IMG/VR virus record: IMGVR_UViG_3300031954_001062
Span: 1-25,182 of that record
Strand: one strand, 5' to 3'
Length of the DNA: 25,182 nt
From: a virus
Taxonomy: Duplodnaviria > Caudoviricetes
Under the pieces are notes generated by a model, which saw only the letters and a program-made list of their open reading frames with translations, made no database searches and had not been told where the DNA came from. A program made the position numbers and the translations under genes. Positions within the stretch are counted from its first letter, which is position 1. Every line of letters starts with the position of its first letter. Positions 15,409 through 23,435 of this stretch are shown in pieces.

Positions 15409-17202
15409 TTAAAGCCGGCGTGCCTGGGCGCGATAGCGTTGCATCGAGCTCTTGCCGATCCCTAGGCCGAATTCCGCTTGGAACCGCTCCATCATTTCCA
15501 TGCACGACATGTTGGCGTCGCGCTCGAAGAGTTTCTTCACTAGCACGACGCGATCGTCCTTCTGTGCGGCGCGATCTTCGTTTAATTGATTGGGCCGTTC
15601 TTCTTCCCATTTACCGCAGATCCCTGGCTCTTTGTGTAACGCGAAGTCGTGCTGCTCATCGATCGCTGGCCGGCCGCGCAATTGAAACGGACCGACCGGC
15701 TCGAAGTTGGCCGGCTTGAGATTCTGTACGTGTAAAATATTTTCGTGCTGCTCCATCTGGAAGACGCCGTGCGCGGTGCCCACGAGTGCGCCGAGGTCTG
15801 CGGATCCGCGCATCATGTTTTCGAGCGTCATCTCCTGCGCGCCGCGTAGGTTCTTTGGCGAGTGATGCGCGAAGACCACTAGTTTGGCGCCGGCGCCGAG
15901 TAGATTGAAGATGTCCGTGGCCAGGCCTTTCTGTACGTCCGCGGCACTGTTCTCGTCGCCTTCCAGGAAGCGGATGGCGGTATCGAGGAACACTGGACAA
16001 TTCTTGCAGCTCTCGAGCATGCGCGGATCCTCGAGCTTGACCATCGGACCTTTGGAAAGCGTGCGCACCAGTAAGCGGCCTGCGAGCGCGTAGTCGTAGA
16101 GTCCTAACAGAAGCAAACGATGCTTCAGCACTTCGATGGTCGCTTCCGGAATGAGGTAGACGACGTGCTCGAAGCGCTCCACCACATCGAAGATGCCCCA
16201 CAATTTTTCGCCCGGTCCCTCGAGAAGTTTCTTGGCCGTCGACAACATCACAAACGTTTTGCCGTGCCCGGCCAGGCCGGCGATCGCGTTGGCCATATTG
16301 TTCTGATAGAAGCGATCGATCGCAAAGGTCAGCGGCTTGGTGGTGTCCCACTCTGCGCGCGTGTGATAGATCTCGCGCGCCAGCAATTGATTCCAATCGA
16401 TGGCCTCTTTGTCGACGTACTCGAGGAACGCCTCGCGGCTGAATGGCCACTCGCTGACGTCTTTGATGCCTTCCGGTAACCGGCACATGCGCACACTCTT
16501 GCCGGTTTTCTTTACTCCCGAAGCGATGGTGTCGCCGTGTGGCAGGCCGGCTTTGTCGTTGTCCGGAATGATCACTACGTGCTTGCCGCGCAGCATCTCG
16601 TTGAACTCTTCGCGCCACTTGCCGGCGCCCATGGGATTGGTGGTGGCCACCAGGCTGAACTTGTCGCGCATGGTGAGCACATCTTTTTCGCCCTCGACGA
16701 CATACACCGTTTCGGCTTTACTCACCGCAGGAAGATTGAACAGCACCAGGCGCACACCCTGGAGATCCCACTCCCAGTCGCCGTTTGTGCCAGGCCGGCG
16801 CTGCCGGAAATCTTTCGGCTCGTAGCGCACCGACTCGAATAACTTTTTGCCGCGTTCGTCTTCGTAGCTGTAGGTGGCTACGATTTTCTTCGCCGGCATC
16901 TCGATCGGCGGTGGCGGCGGCGGCATCTTGTGCGGCTTGGCGTGCCCGTTCGGTCCGTGCGCCGGCTCATCGAAGAACAGTTCGCGCTCCTCGAGCGCGA
17001 GTGCACGGCAGAGCTCCGCGAGCGTACAACCGGCGTGACATTTCAAGAGCACGCGATCGTGCGTGGCTCGAGCACTGAAACTTTTATTGCGATCTCCGTG
17101 GGCGTGGGCGTTGTGATTCGGACACGAGCTAGTGAACTGGTCGGAACCTTTCCACTTCACGCGCTGACATCGATCGGCAATGACTGCCAGTAGACCTTGC
17201 AA
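15409..17202 (-). CDS. Bifunctional primase-helicase (Zn-binding + TOPRIM + RecA-like/AAA_25 helicase, 597 aa)
   Basis: CPxH...LLKCHAGC Zn domain; TOPRIM VVEGEKD and IIPDND; Walker A AGLAGHGKT, Walker B VFLDT, HHxxK and MRGS motifs; SD AAGGAGG then TTG. Confidence 0.9.
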   Translation of the reverse strand: MQGLLAVIADRCQRVKWKGSDQFTSSCPNHNAHAHGDRNKSFSARATHDRVLLKCHAGCTLAELCRALALEERELFFDEPAHGPNGHAKPHKMPPPPPPIEMPAKKIVATYSYEDERGKKLFESVRYEPKDFRQRRPGTNGDWEWDLQGVRLVLFNLPAVSKAETVYVVEGEKDVLTMRDKFSLVATTNPMGAGKWREEFNEMLRGKHVVIIPDNDKAGLPHGDTIASGVKKTGKSVRMCRLPEGIKDVSEWPFSREAFLEYVDKEAIDWNQLLAREIYHTRAEWDTTKPLTFAIDRFYQNNMANAIAGLAGHGKTFVMLSTAKKLLEGPGEKLWGIFDVVERFEHVVYLIPEATIEVLKHRLLLLGLYDYALAGRLLVRTLSKGPMVKLEDPRMLESCKNCPVFLDTAIRFLEGDENSAADVQKGLATDIFNLLGAGAKLVVFAHHSPKNLRGAQEMTLENMMRGSADLGALVGTAHGVFQMEQHENILHVQNLKPANFEPVGPFQLRGRPAIDEQHDFALHKEPGICGKWEEERPNQLNEDRAAQKDDRVVLVKKLFERDANMSCMEMMERFQAEFGLGIGKSSMQRYRAQARRL

Positions 17203-17346
17203 TGCCCCTCCTTACAAGGGAGCGAGGAGCGATGTGTAAGGCACCGCTCCCCACAAAACCTGGTGTCTTGAGTCACCAGGCGCCAGCTTGCCGAAGGCTC
17301 GGCAGGCCGAACTCTATGTCACCGGCCGTTCATGCGCCAGTGATAT
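17203..17346 (-). promoter_or_regulatory. Multi-hairpin leader of the primase-helicase with a predicted SD-sequestering pseudoknot
   Basis: Four consecutive stem-loops; loop CCTTACA (17235-17241) is complementary to TGTAAGG (17210-17216), which overlaps the SD. Confidence 0.6.
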
Positions 17347-17598
17347 TCACTTCAGGTTTTCCACAACGAAACGGTCGCCGTTGCGGATCACCAGGTAGCG
17401 CTGTCCGGTCTCCGGATCGTACAGCTTGCAAGCCAACATCTGCCAACTGTCGTCACGCACGCAGCCGTAGAAGTGCAGGCTCTTTTCGTCGGGTACTCCG
17501 ATCGGAACGTCCGCGCGCAGGTGCAATGCCAGAAATGTCGCCCAGGTCAGGAGCGCCAGGGTCACCAGGAACAGCAGCGCTAACCATTGTCGCTTCAT
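17347..17598 (-). CDS. Membrane-anchored protein (83 aa)
   Basis: MKRQ plus a hydrophobic helix; C-terminal YDPETGQRYLV; ATGA coupling. Confidence 0.7.
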   Translation of the reverse strand: MKRQWLALLFLVTLALLTWATFLALHLRADVPIGVPDEKSLHFYGCVRDDSWQMLACKLYDPETGQRYLVIRNGDRFVVENLK

Positions 17599-17789
17599 CG
17601 CACACGCTCCCGGCCGACGATCTGCGCACTGAAAGCCTTGCGGCACTCGTCGTTCGAACAGAAAAACACCTCGATGATCACGCCATCCGGAAAGTCCTGG
17701 CGCAATCGGTGCAATGTGAGCGGATCCTTCCCGCAGTAGGGACACACCGCGAAGATGATTTCCGGCTCAGGCTTGGGGGGTGTTGACAT
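17595..17789 (-). CDS. Zn-ribbon protein with Ogr/Delta-like spacing (64 aa)
   Basis: CPYC-x24-CSNDEC..AF. Confidence 0.6.
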   Translation of the reverse strand: MSTPPKPEPEIIFAVCPYCGKDPLTLHRLRQDFPDGVIIEVFFCSNDECRKAFSAQIVGRERVR

Positions 17790-18042
17790 CGATCTGCTCG
17801 ATTCTCGCACCACTGGCACCGATCAAGAGCATCGCGAAGTACCGAGCACGATCGTTCTCGATCTTGAACCAGCGCAGCGTTCGGCCGAAGTCCACCAGCA
17901 CGAACTTGCCATCGCCGCGGACCTTCAAGTCCTCGTCATTCGGCCAGGGCTTTTGCAGGTCCGCATACAGTTCGTTACGGAAATCGTCAGAGAGTGTCGT
18001 GATCAGCCGGCGGATCTCCTGAAGCGTCTCGAGGTCCGTCAT
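17767..18042 (-). CDS. Phage hypothetical protein (91 aa)
   Basis: ATGA coupling; VLVDFGRTLRWF..RARYFA pattern. Confidence 0.65.
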   Translation of the reverse strand: MTDLETLQEIRRLITTLSDDFRNELYADLQKPWPNDEDLKVRGDGKFVLVDFGRTLRWFKIENDRARYFAMLLIGASGARIEQIDVNTPQA

Positions 18043-18752
18043 GAGGCCACCGCCCGGCTGTGCTCTTTCTCTTCGCGGCGCACCACCACGCCGTCGATCG
18101 CGGCCTTGAATCCGAGCGCCTCGACCACCTTGCGGATCTTGGTCTCGTCGGGCGAGCACAGCTCGCGCGGCACAGCGTCCGGATCCACGATGTCGAACAC
18201 AAAGCGCTCGGTGATGTACATGCCTTCTTGCTTCGGCACCGCCGGCGCCGAGTTGAGGATCGGTGGCGGCACGCTGATGGCTTTCTCGCGGAAGAGCTGC
18301 GCAGTCTCGTGATCGCCGCTCTGCTCGGCCACCTTCGCCGCGGAGAGTAGCTCACGCTTGGACTGCTGCTGCAACGCACGCTGCGCAATGCGATCGCGCT
18401 CGGCTTGGGCAGCTTCCTGCTTTTGGCGGAACACCGCACGTAGGTTAAACAAGCGCTGTTTCTCGCTCTCGAGCGGCTCGAGTTGCGCCTTCTTGAACTT
18501 CACGCCGAGCTTGTGCAGCTTGTCGAGCGCCTGCACAAACGGCGTGGCCACCGCTTCGATCCACTTGGTCGCTTCATCGAGCCGCGGGATGATTGCGCCG
18601 GCGGCTAGAAAGTGATCCTCGCTCGTGATCGCCTTGATGCTGCGCGCCTGGTTCAACACCGGCGCACAACGCTTGGCGATGGTGGCCTCTTGCGGCGCGA
18701 TGGGCATCTCCCACCGCACCTTCTCAATGGCTTCGGGCTTCTTTTCTTTCAT
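18039..18752 (-). CDS. Coiled-coil protein of the recombination module (237 aa)
   Basis: SD AAAGGAG then ATG at 18752; long helical region and C-terminal FDIVDPDAVPRE..PDETKIRK..IDGV motif, as in proteins next to phage recombinases. Confidence 0.65.
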   Translation of the reverse strand: MKEKKPEAIEKVRWEMPIAPQEATIAKRCAPVLNQARSIKAITSEDHFLAAGAIIPRLDEATKWIEAVATPFVQALDKLHKLGVKFKKAQLEPLESEKQRLFNLRAVFRQKQEAAQAERDRIAQRALQQQSKRELLSAAKVAEQSGDHETAQLFREKAISVPPPILNSAPAVPKQEGMYITERFVFDIVDPDAVPRELCSPDETKIRKVVEALGFKAAIDGVVVRREEKEHSRAVAS

Positions 18753-19381
18753 GCGTTCTCCTTTGTGTACATGGCATCGAACTGCTTCTTCCAGGTGCTC
18801 ACGTACAGCAAGCTCGTGAATACGTAGAAGTCGGACTTCTCTTCGAACATACTGATCTTCGGCAGACCGCTCTCGCGCAACTGCAGCGCCACGCGCTTCC
18901 GCGCCATGAACCGCGCCAGCGGCGCCGCCCAACGTTTGTGCTCCAGGCCGGCGGCGTAGCCGGCCAGCTGCACGCCGTGATGCGGATAGATCGCACCGAT
19001 CTTCAGATCGAGCACCGTTTCGCTGCCATCGAGGATCCCGGCGCAATCGATCTGCATGCCGTACGGCATAGCATTGATGGTCGCCACGGTCTGGAACTCA
19101 GACAACTCCGGCGTGAAGTTCATTTTCTCTTTGAACAGGATCCAGCTGTGCAGGTAGGGCTTCACTCGTTTGTCGTAGCTGCCGAGCTTGCCGATGTTGT
19201 GGAGGTGGCAGGCGAGATGCACTTCGCGGCCGAGCTCCGAGCGCCGCTCGAGCACGTCCGCATTGACGCGCGCGAACGGCACCAGGCCTCCGGTCGCCAG
19301 CATCCAGGTGCACGCCGGCACCACCCGCGTGCCGACGCTGTATTCGTGTGCACCAGGATCGAAACTGAACGCCGAACTCAT
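18749..19381 (-). CDS. PD-(D/E)XK superfamily nuclease, probable exonuclease (210 aa)
   Basis: FDPGAHEY, GREVH, YGMQID, VLDLK and QLAGYA motifs. Confidence 0.8.
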   Translation of the reverse strand: MSSAFSFDPGAHEYSVGTRVVPACTWMLATGGLVPFARVNADVLERRSELGREVHLACHLHNIGKLGSYDKRVKPYLHSWILFKEKMNFTPELSEFQTVATINAMPYGMQIDCAGILDGSETVLDLKIGAIYPHHGVQLAGYAAGLEHKRWAAPLARFMARKRVALQLRESGLPKISMFEEKSDFYVFTSLLYVSTWKKQFDAMYTKENA

Positions 19382-19695
19382 AGCACGATCCCTTCGGGCA
19401 TCTCCGCATCGCGCAGCTGATGCACGTGGAAGCAGTTCGGATGGCTTTTACGCGGCAGCACGATCGCGCCGTTGAATTCGCTGCCGGCGCCGGGAACGAG
19501 ATCGTACCAAGCGGTGAAGATCTCATCCCAGGTCGGATAGCGATGCGGACAACTGACGCTGATGTGCCAGAGGCCAACTTCTTTCGCCACACACACGGTG
19601 GTGTCGCCCCACTTGTACCACTTGGCATTGTCACCAGTGCCCGGCAGGTGCGGCAAACGCACCTCCACCCATTCGGCTTTGCGCAGGCGAATCAC
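19378..19695 (-). CDS. Conserved-looking phage protein (105 aa)
   Basis: WHISVS..RYPTWDE...LP...HPNCFH pattern recalled from phage hypotheticals; coupled on both sides. Confidence 0.7.
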   Translation of the reverse strand: MIRLRKAEWVEVRLPHLPGTGDNAKWYKWGDTTVCVAKEVGLWHISVSCPHRYPTWDEIFTAWYDLVPGAGSEFNGAIVLPRKSHPNCFHVHQLRDAEMPEGIVL

Positions 19696-20771
19696 GGCTT
19701 CGCTTTCACCAGCTTCAGCACTTCAGCGTACTGCGATTCGCGGATGGCGCCGACGGTCGAGACCTTGAAGGCGGACTTCAATCGCGACTGCACCTGGTCG
19801 ATGGTCCAGCCGGCGCCCATGGCGATGTTGTAGATCTCCGTCTGTTGCTTGGTCGAGATCAGCTTGCCGATGTTCGGCGCCGGCGGGATCTTGGCCTTGG
19901 GCACTCCCGTGGCCGGTTCCTTCGGCGGCTTTTTCTTTTCGCGCGGCGGTTTGTCCTTGCTGCCGTCCTGCTCTTCCGCCTCGGTGGTCGGCTCGATCGG
20001 CGCCGGCCCGAGCGAGAAGGCCTCGGCCGCGGTCGAGGTGCCCTCGCGGATGGCGTTGTAGATTCCGCGCAGCGTCACCAGTTCGTCTGCGCCGATCTTG
20101 CTGACAGTCTTCACCCCAAGCACCTGAAGGATCGCTTCTTCGGGAACGTCCAGCTTGGTGAACGCGGCGAGCGCTTGCTTGCGCCGCTCCGCGATGTCCT
20201 TCTCGGCCGGCTTGGCATTCTCGAGCGCTTTCTCGTATAGCGGCAGCCAGAACATTTTCGGAATACCCTTCAGCACCGCGTTGCGGAAAGCAATTCCCGC
20301 CGCCGCGGCGCCGGTGGTGCCGATCATGTCGTCGTCATAGCGCGATCCGTCTTTGCGCGTGATGCGCCGTTTGATCTCAAAAGAGATCGCTACGTTGGTT
20401 TCCAGATCGTGGAACACGCCCTGGCTGACCACCTGCTTTTCTTCGGCGCCGAGTACGCGCGCGCCGATGCGGCAGTTGCGCCAGTTCTGTCCGATGATCT
20501 CCGCAAAGCGCACGCTCGGACCTTCAATGAGCTTTCCGCCGCGCGGCAGTTTGTAGAACATGGTTTCGGAAATTTCCTGCGAATAGGTGACCATCTGCGC
20601 AGCGCCTTGCTGGAACTGCACCATCGATCGCGGGAATTGTTTGGCGGTGGAGATCTGCAGATCGATCTCCGCCTTACTGATCGCCAGCAGATCCGTAGGT
20701 GCTACCACTTCGAGCATCGAGCTGCCGGCGCCGCCATCGATGACGGTGGCCACGGCTTTCTTTTCGGGCAT
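19692..20771 (-). CDS. Probable ssDNA-annealing/recombination protein (359 aa)
   Basis: SD GAAAGGAG then ATG at 20771; AKQFPR...YKLPRGGKLIEGPSVRFAE core, flexible linker, small helical C-domain; sits in the recombinase position upstream of the nuclease. Confidence 0.55.
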   Translation of the reverse strand: MPEKKAVATVIDGGAGSSMLEVVAPTDLLAISKAEIDLQISTAKQFPRSMVQFQQGAAQMVTYSQEISETMFYKLPRGGKLIEGPSVRFAEIIGQNWRNCRIGARVLGAEEKQVVSQGVFHDLETNVAISFEIKRRITRKDGSRYDDDMIGTTGAAAAGIAFRNAVLKGIPKMFWLPLYEKALENAKPAEKDIAERRKQALAAFTKLDVPEEAILQVLGVKTVSKIGADELVTLRGIYNAIREGTSTAAEAFSLGPAPIEPTTEAEEQDGSKDKPPREKKKPPKEPATGVPKAKIPPAPNIGKLISTKQQTEIYNIAMGAGWTIDQVQSRLKSAFKVSTVGAIRESQYAEVLKLVKAKP

Positions 20772-20782
20772 GAATTCTCCTT

Positions 20783-20893
20783 TCAAAAATCCATCGCCAG
20801 GAATAAGGGGAGCAGCAGCGCGGCGATATACGGCAGCAGCACCCAGACAACGTCACTGATTTGAGCGAAACATAGCGGCTTCTTTTTTCTCAA
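20783..20893 (-). CDS. Small membrane peptide (36 aa)
   Basis: GGGAG then TTG; MRKKKPLCFAQISDVVWVLLPYIAALLLPLFLAMDF; fills the gap up to the next RBS; below the ORF-track cutoff. Confidence 0.5.
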   Translation of the reverse strand: MRKKKPLCFAQISDVVWVLLPYIAALLLPLFLAMDF

Positions 20894-21041
20894 AGTACTC
20901 CCGCAGGATCTCGATCACCGTCGGCCCGAAGCCGCGGTCTCGAGCTGAGGCTTCCGCGCGCAGCAGCCGGTACATTCCGCGGGGAATGTACAAGGCTACC
21001 TGCCAGCGGTTGCGCACCTTATCCTTCTTAGCAATTCTCAA
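20853..21041 (-). CDS. Ribbon-helix-helix (Arc/CopG-like) regulator (62 aa)
   Basis: SD AGGAGG then TTG; beta strand QVALYIP, helix MYRLLRAEASAR, G turn, helix TVIEILREYF; first gene of the leftward operon. Confidence 0.7.
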   Translation of the reverse strand: MRIAKKDKVRNRWQVALYIPRGMYRLLRAEASARDRGFGPTVIEILREYFEKKEAAMFRSNQ

Positions 21042-21054
21042 GGCATCCTCCTGG

Positions 21055-21179
21055 CAGCCATCATATCAGAGGAATCCCAGAGCTTCCCAGAGTTATCTTC
21101 GCCTTACTTTCGGTATTGTATTCGTCTTAGATTTATCTGAGAATAGGAGGGTAGTCAGTCCGACAGGAAAGGAGCAGTC
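21055..21179. promoter_or_regulatory. Divergent promoter/operator region
   Basis: Leftward extended -10 TGATATGAT (21060-21068); rightward TTGTAT-N17-GAGAAT (21116-21144); direct repeat TCCCAGAG x2 (21075-21092); palindrome TCTTAGAT-TT-ATCTGAGA (21125-21142). Confidence 0.6.
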
Positions 21180-21326
21180 ATGACCCGTGAGCAGCAACTG
21201 GAGCTGGAGCGGGATCTCACAGAGATCGAATGCGAGCGCTGCGGCTATTGGCCGTGCGTTTGCGGCGATCCGGAATTCGAGACCGCACTCAGCCAGGATC
21301 TTTCGAAAGCCGAGGAGGTTGACTGA
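21180..21326 (+). CDS. Small Cys-motif protein (48 aa, CxxC-x4-CxC)
   Basis: SD GAAAGGAG then ATG; MTREQQLELERDLTEIECERCGYWPCVCGDPEF...; below the ORF-track cutoff. Confidence 0.7.
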   Translation: MTREQQLELERDLTEIECERCGYWPCVCGDPEFETALSQDLSKAEEVD

Positions 21327-21327
21327 A

Positions 21328-21561
21328 GTGGCTCTGATCGAAAAAGCTCTGAAGAATCCCATCGCCGGCGTCCGCACGTTCCACGTGGACTCCGAATCCA
21401 CCACCGACAAGTACATCGTCGTCGAAGTGAAGCGCGACGGCCGTACCACCTACTATTGCAACTGCGGCGACTTTTTCTACCGCAAGCTGCCGTTCGTGGG
21501 CACCAATTTGTTCTCGCTCTGCAAGCACGGGCAGGCGGTGAAAGACGCGGTGTCCAAGTGA
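21328..21561 (+). CDS. SWIM zinc-finger protein (77 aa)
   Basis: SD GAGGAGG then GTG; VDSEST..KYIV...YCNCGDF...CKH fits the SWIM CxC-xn-CxH pattern. Confidence 0.8.
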   Translation: MALIEKALKNPIAGVRTFHVDSESTTDKYIVVEVKRDGRTTYYCNCGDFFYRKLPFVGTNLFSLCKHGQAVKDAVSK

Positions 21562-21758
21562 AAGGCTCCGCACGCATCAACCTCAACCTGGACCGCGAGC
21601 GCTACCACACGAAGAAGGAAGAGCGTGAGCACTTCGCCGGCTTCGGCAAGCTCGTGGATCTCTGCCGCAACCTGAAGCGCAGCCAGCTTCGCTACTCTGT
21701 GGTGTTCGCGAACCAACCGCACGGTTGGGTGGCCACGGTGAACTGGAGCCGCCCGTGA
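21558..21758 (+). CDS. Hypothetical protein (66 aa)
   Basis: GTGA coupling on both sides. Confidence 0.6.
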   Translation: MKGSARINLNLDRERYHTKKEEREHFAGFGKLVDLCRNLKRSQLRYSVVFANQPHGWVATVNWSRP

Positions 21759-22060
21759 AACACGCCTTCGTGATCCAGAATCGCGAAGGCCGCATCGTGG
21801 GTCAGGCCGAACGTCTGACCCGCGGCGCGGCCACCCGCCGCAACAATTCCTTGCGCAAGGACGGTCAACCGTTCCGCTATGTGGAAGTGGCCAACCTGAA
21901 CAGCATCCATCCGAACTTCGGCGGCGTCTGCAAGGATTGCGGCGCCGGCACGTTGAACAACCGGGTCGCTCCCGCCTTCGTCCGTGATGAACAAGCGCAC
22001 GCTTTCAAGTGCCTGACGTGCGGCTCGTTCCACGTGGATCTTACTGGAGAGACACCATGA
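21755..22060 (+). CDS. Zn-ribbon protein (101 aa)
   Basis: CKDCG...FKCLTCGS; GTGA/ATGA coupling. Confidence 0.7.
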   Translation: MKHAFVIQNREGRIVGQAERLTRGAATRRNNSLRKDGQPFRYVEVANLNSIHPNFGGVCKDCGAGTLNNRVAPAFVRDEQAHAFKCLTCGSFHVDLTGETP

Positions 22061-22479
22061 GCTACACCATCGGAGATCGTTTGAAGTGGAAGTGGGATGC
22101 GCGCAGTCCGTTGTGCGCCGGCCGCAAGGCCAAGGTCACCGCTTCGCGCTACTGGGGCCTGCACGTCGACTTCGAAGATGGCCAGTTCCCGTTCGATCGC
22201 TGCTTGTTCTTTGAGCGCGATTGGGCGGCCGACCTGGAGTTCTACGTCGGCGCCGAGGTCGTTCAGGAATACAGCGGCCAGTGGCGCGCCGTTTACCACG
22301 GCGACGAAGAAGCCGGCGACCGCCACGGTTGGGGATCGAACGCCGAAGAAGCGCTGGCCGAGCTCGGCGAGAAACTCCTCGAGCGCGTGGATGACCGCCT
22401 GTACGACCTGGTCAACGCCGGCGAAGTCGACGACGACGTGTTCACGGAGATCGATGGCTTGGCCTATCTGCCGTTCTGA
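22057..22479 (+). CDS. Hypothetical acidic protein (140 aa)
   Basis: SD GGAG then ATG; SH3/KOW-like start YTIGDRLKW; GWGSNAEEALAEL segment. Confidence 0.7.
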   Translation: MSYTIGDRLKWKWDARSPLCAGRKAKVTASRYWGLHVDFEDGQFPFDRCLFFERDWAADLEFYVGAEVVQEYSGQWRAVYHGDEEAGDRHGWGSNAEEALAELGEKLLERVDDRLYDLVNAGEVDDDVFTEIDGLAYLPF

Positions 22480-22546
22480 CGTTGCCGTGCCGCCGCTTCC
22501 CTGGAAGCCGCGGCGAAGTAACGACAGTCCGAAAGGAGAAGTTGGG

Positions 22547-22729
22547 ATGAATATAGATCAGGTGAGGGAAATCCAGAAGCAAGCGCTCGCGAGTGCGGAA
22601 CTGAAGATCGGCAACGATCGTCTGCCATCGCTCACGATCGCGGTTCTCTGCGAGCTCGCCCTGCAACTGCGGGAGATCGATCACAGTCTGAACGCGATCT
22701 CTTCCGCGGTGGATGAGGTGGGCGCATGA
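22547..22729 (+). CDS. Hypothetical helical protein (60 aa)
   Basis: SD GAAAGGAG then ATG at 22547. Confidence 0.7.
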   Translation: MNIDQVREIQKQALASAELKIGNDRLPSLTIAVLCELALQLREIDHSLNAISSAVDEVGA

Positions 22730-22944
22730 GCTTCAACGTGGAAGTGATAGCCGATAGTTCCGGCCAGTGGGTGGGCAACGGCTTGTTCTTCGCGACCGAG
22801 CAGGAAGCGAACGACTACGCCAACGACCTGTTTTGCCGCTGGACCGCAGTCCGTGAAAAGCGCGTGGTGACGTCCGAAGAGCCGGCGAATTACTCGTTCG
22901 CCGGTTTCCGCCTCGCAGCCATCGAGAAGAAGAGAGGTGAGTGA
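22726..22944 (+). CDS. Phage early hypothetical protein (72 aa)
   Basis: SD GAGGTG; EVIADSSGQWVGNGL.FAT..EA..DL..RW pattern recalled from phage hypotheticals. Confidence 0.75.
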   Translation: MSFNVEVIADSSGQWVGNGLFFATEQEANDYANDLFCRWTAVREKRVVTSEEPANYSFAGFRLAAIEKKRGE

Positions 22945-22947
22945 AAC

Positions 22948-23337
22948 ATGGGGATTCGCATCGCGAAGTTCGAAGGCGAAGACAAGTGGATCGTGTTCCA
23001 GAGCGTGACCGAGTCATGCTATGAACCGATCTTCTTCGACGAGCTCTCCGCTTGGCTCTTTGCGCATCACTACGAACAGATCGGCCTGCAGCACCCCGAT
23101 CATCGTAGCGATCGCGAGTTCAAGGTGGGCGAGGAGATCATCAGCTTCGTCCGCGAAAGCTACGGCGGATCCGATGACTACGCCGAGACCGAGTTGTACC
23201 TCGACGAAGTCGCGGACGTCACGCAGCTTCTCAGCCGCGGCGACGAGATCCTGGCCGAGCTCTACACCGCGTTTCTCGAGCACCGCTTGACCGGCATTCC
23301 GCCGGCCGTGCGCACCGCACCGCAGGAGAGCGACTAA
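22948..23337 (+). CDS. Hypothetical acidic protein (129 aa)
   Basis: SD GAGGTG; typical codon usage. Confidence 0.7.
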   Translation: MGIRIAKFEGEDKWIVFQSVTESCYEPIFFDELSAWLFAHHYEQIGLQHPDHRSDREFKVGEEIISFVRESYGGSDDYAETELYLDEVADVTQLLSRGDEILAELYTAFLEHRLTGIPPAVRTAPQESD

Positions 23338-23435
23338 TGAACTGGGCGCTCTTTTTCCTGTTCGCCACACCGTTCGTGCTCTGGTATCTCGCCGATGCCA
23401 GAGCGCGATCGCGCAATCTGCGAGGTGGCAAATGA
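23337..23435 (+). CDS. Small membrane peptide (32 aa)
   Basis: SD AGGAG; TAATG and ATGA coupling; MNWALFFLFATPFVLWYLADARARSRNLRGGK. Confidence 0.65.
   Translation: MNWALFFLFATPFVLWYLADARARSRNLRGGK

Noticed and set aside
76-21000. Many long plus-strand ORFs (e.g. 76..960, 1638..2507, 2850..3962, 4468..5322, 7325..8224, 9054..10020)
   Set aside because: They are antisense shadows of well-supported minus-strand genes in GC-rich DNA, with no SD or recognisable motifs. The HNH gene at 4149..4493 is the exception.
21187-21327. N-terminal part of ORF 21187..21561
   Set aside because: Better explained as a 48-aa ORF from ATG 21180 plus a SWIM gene from GTG 21328, each with its own SD.
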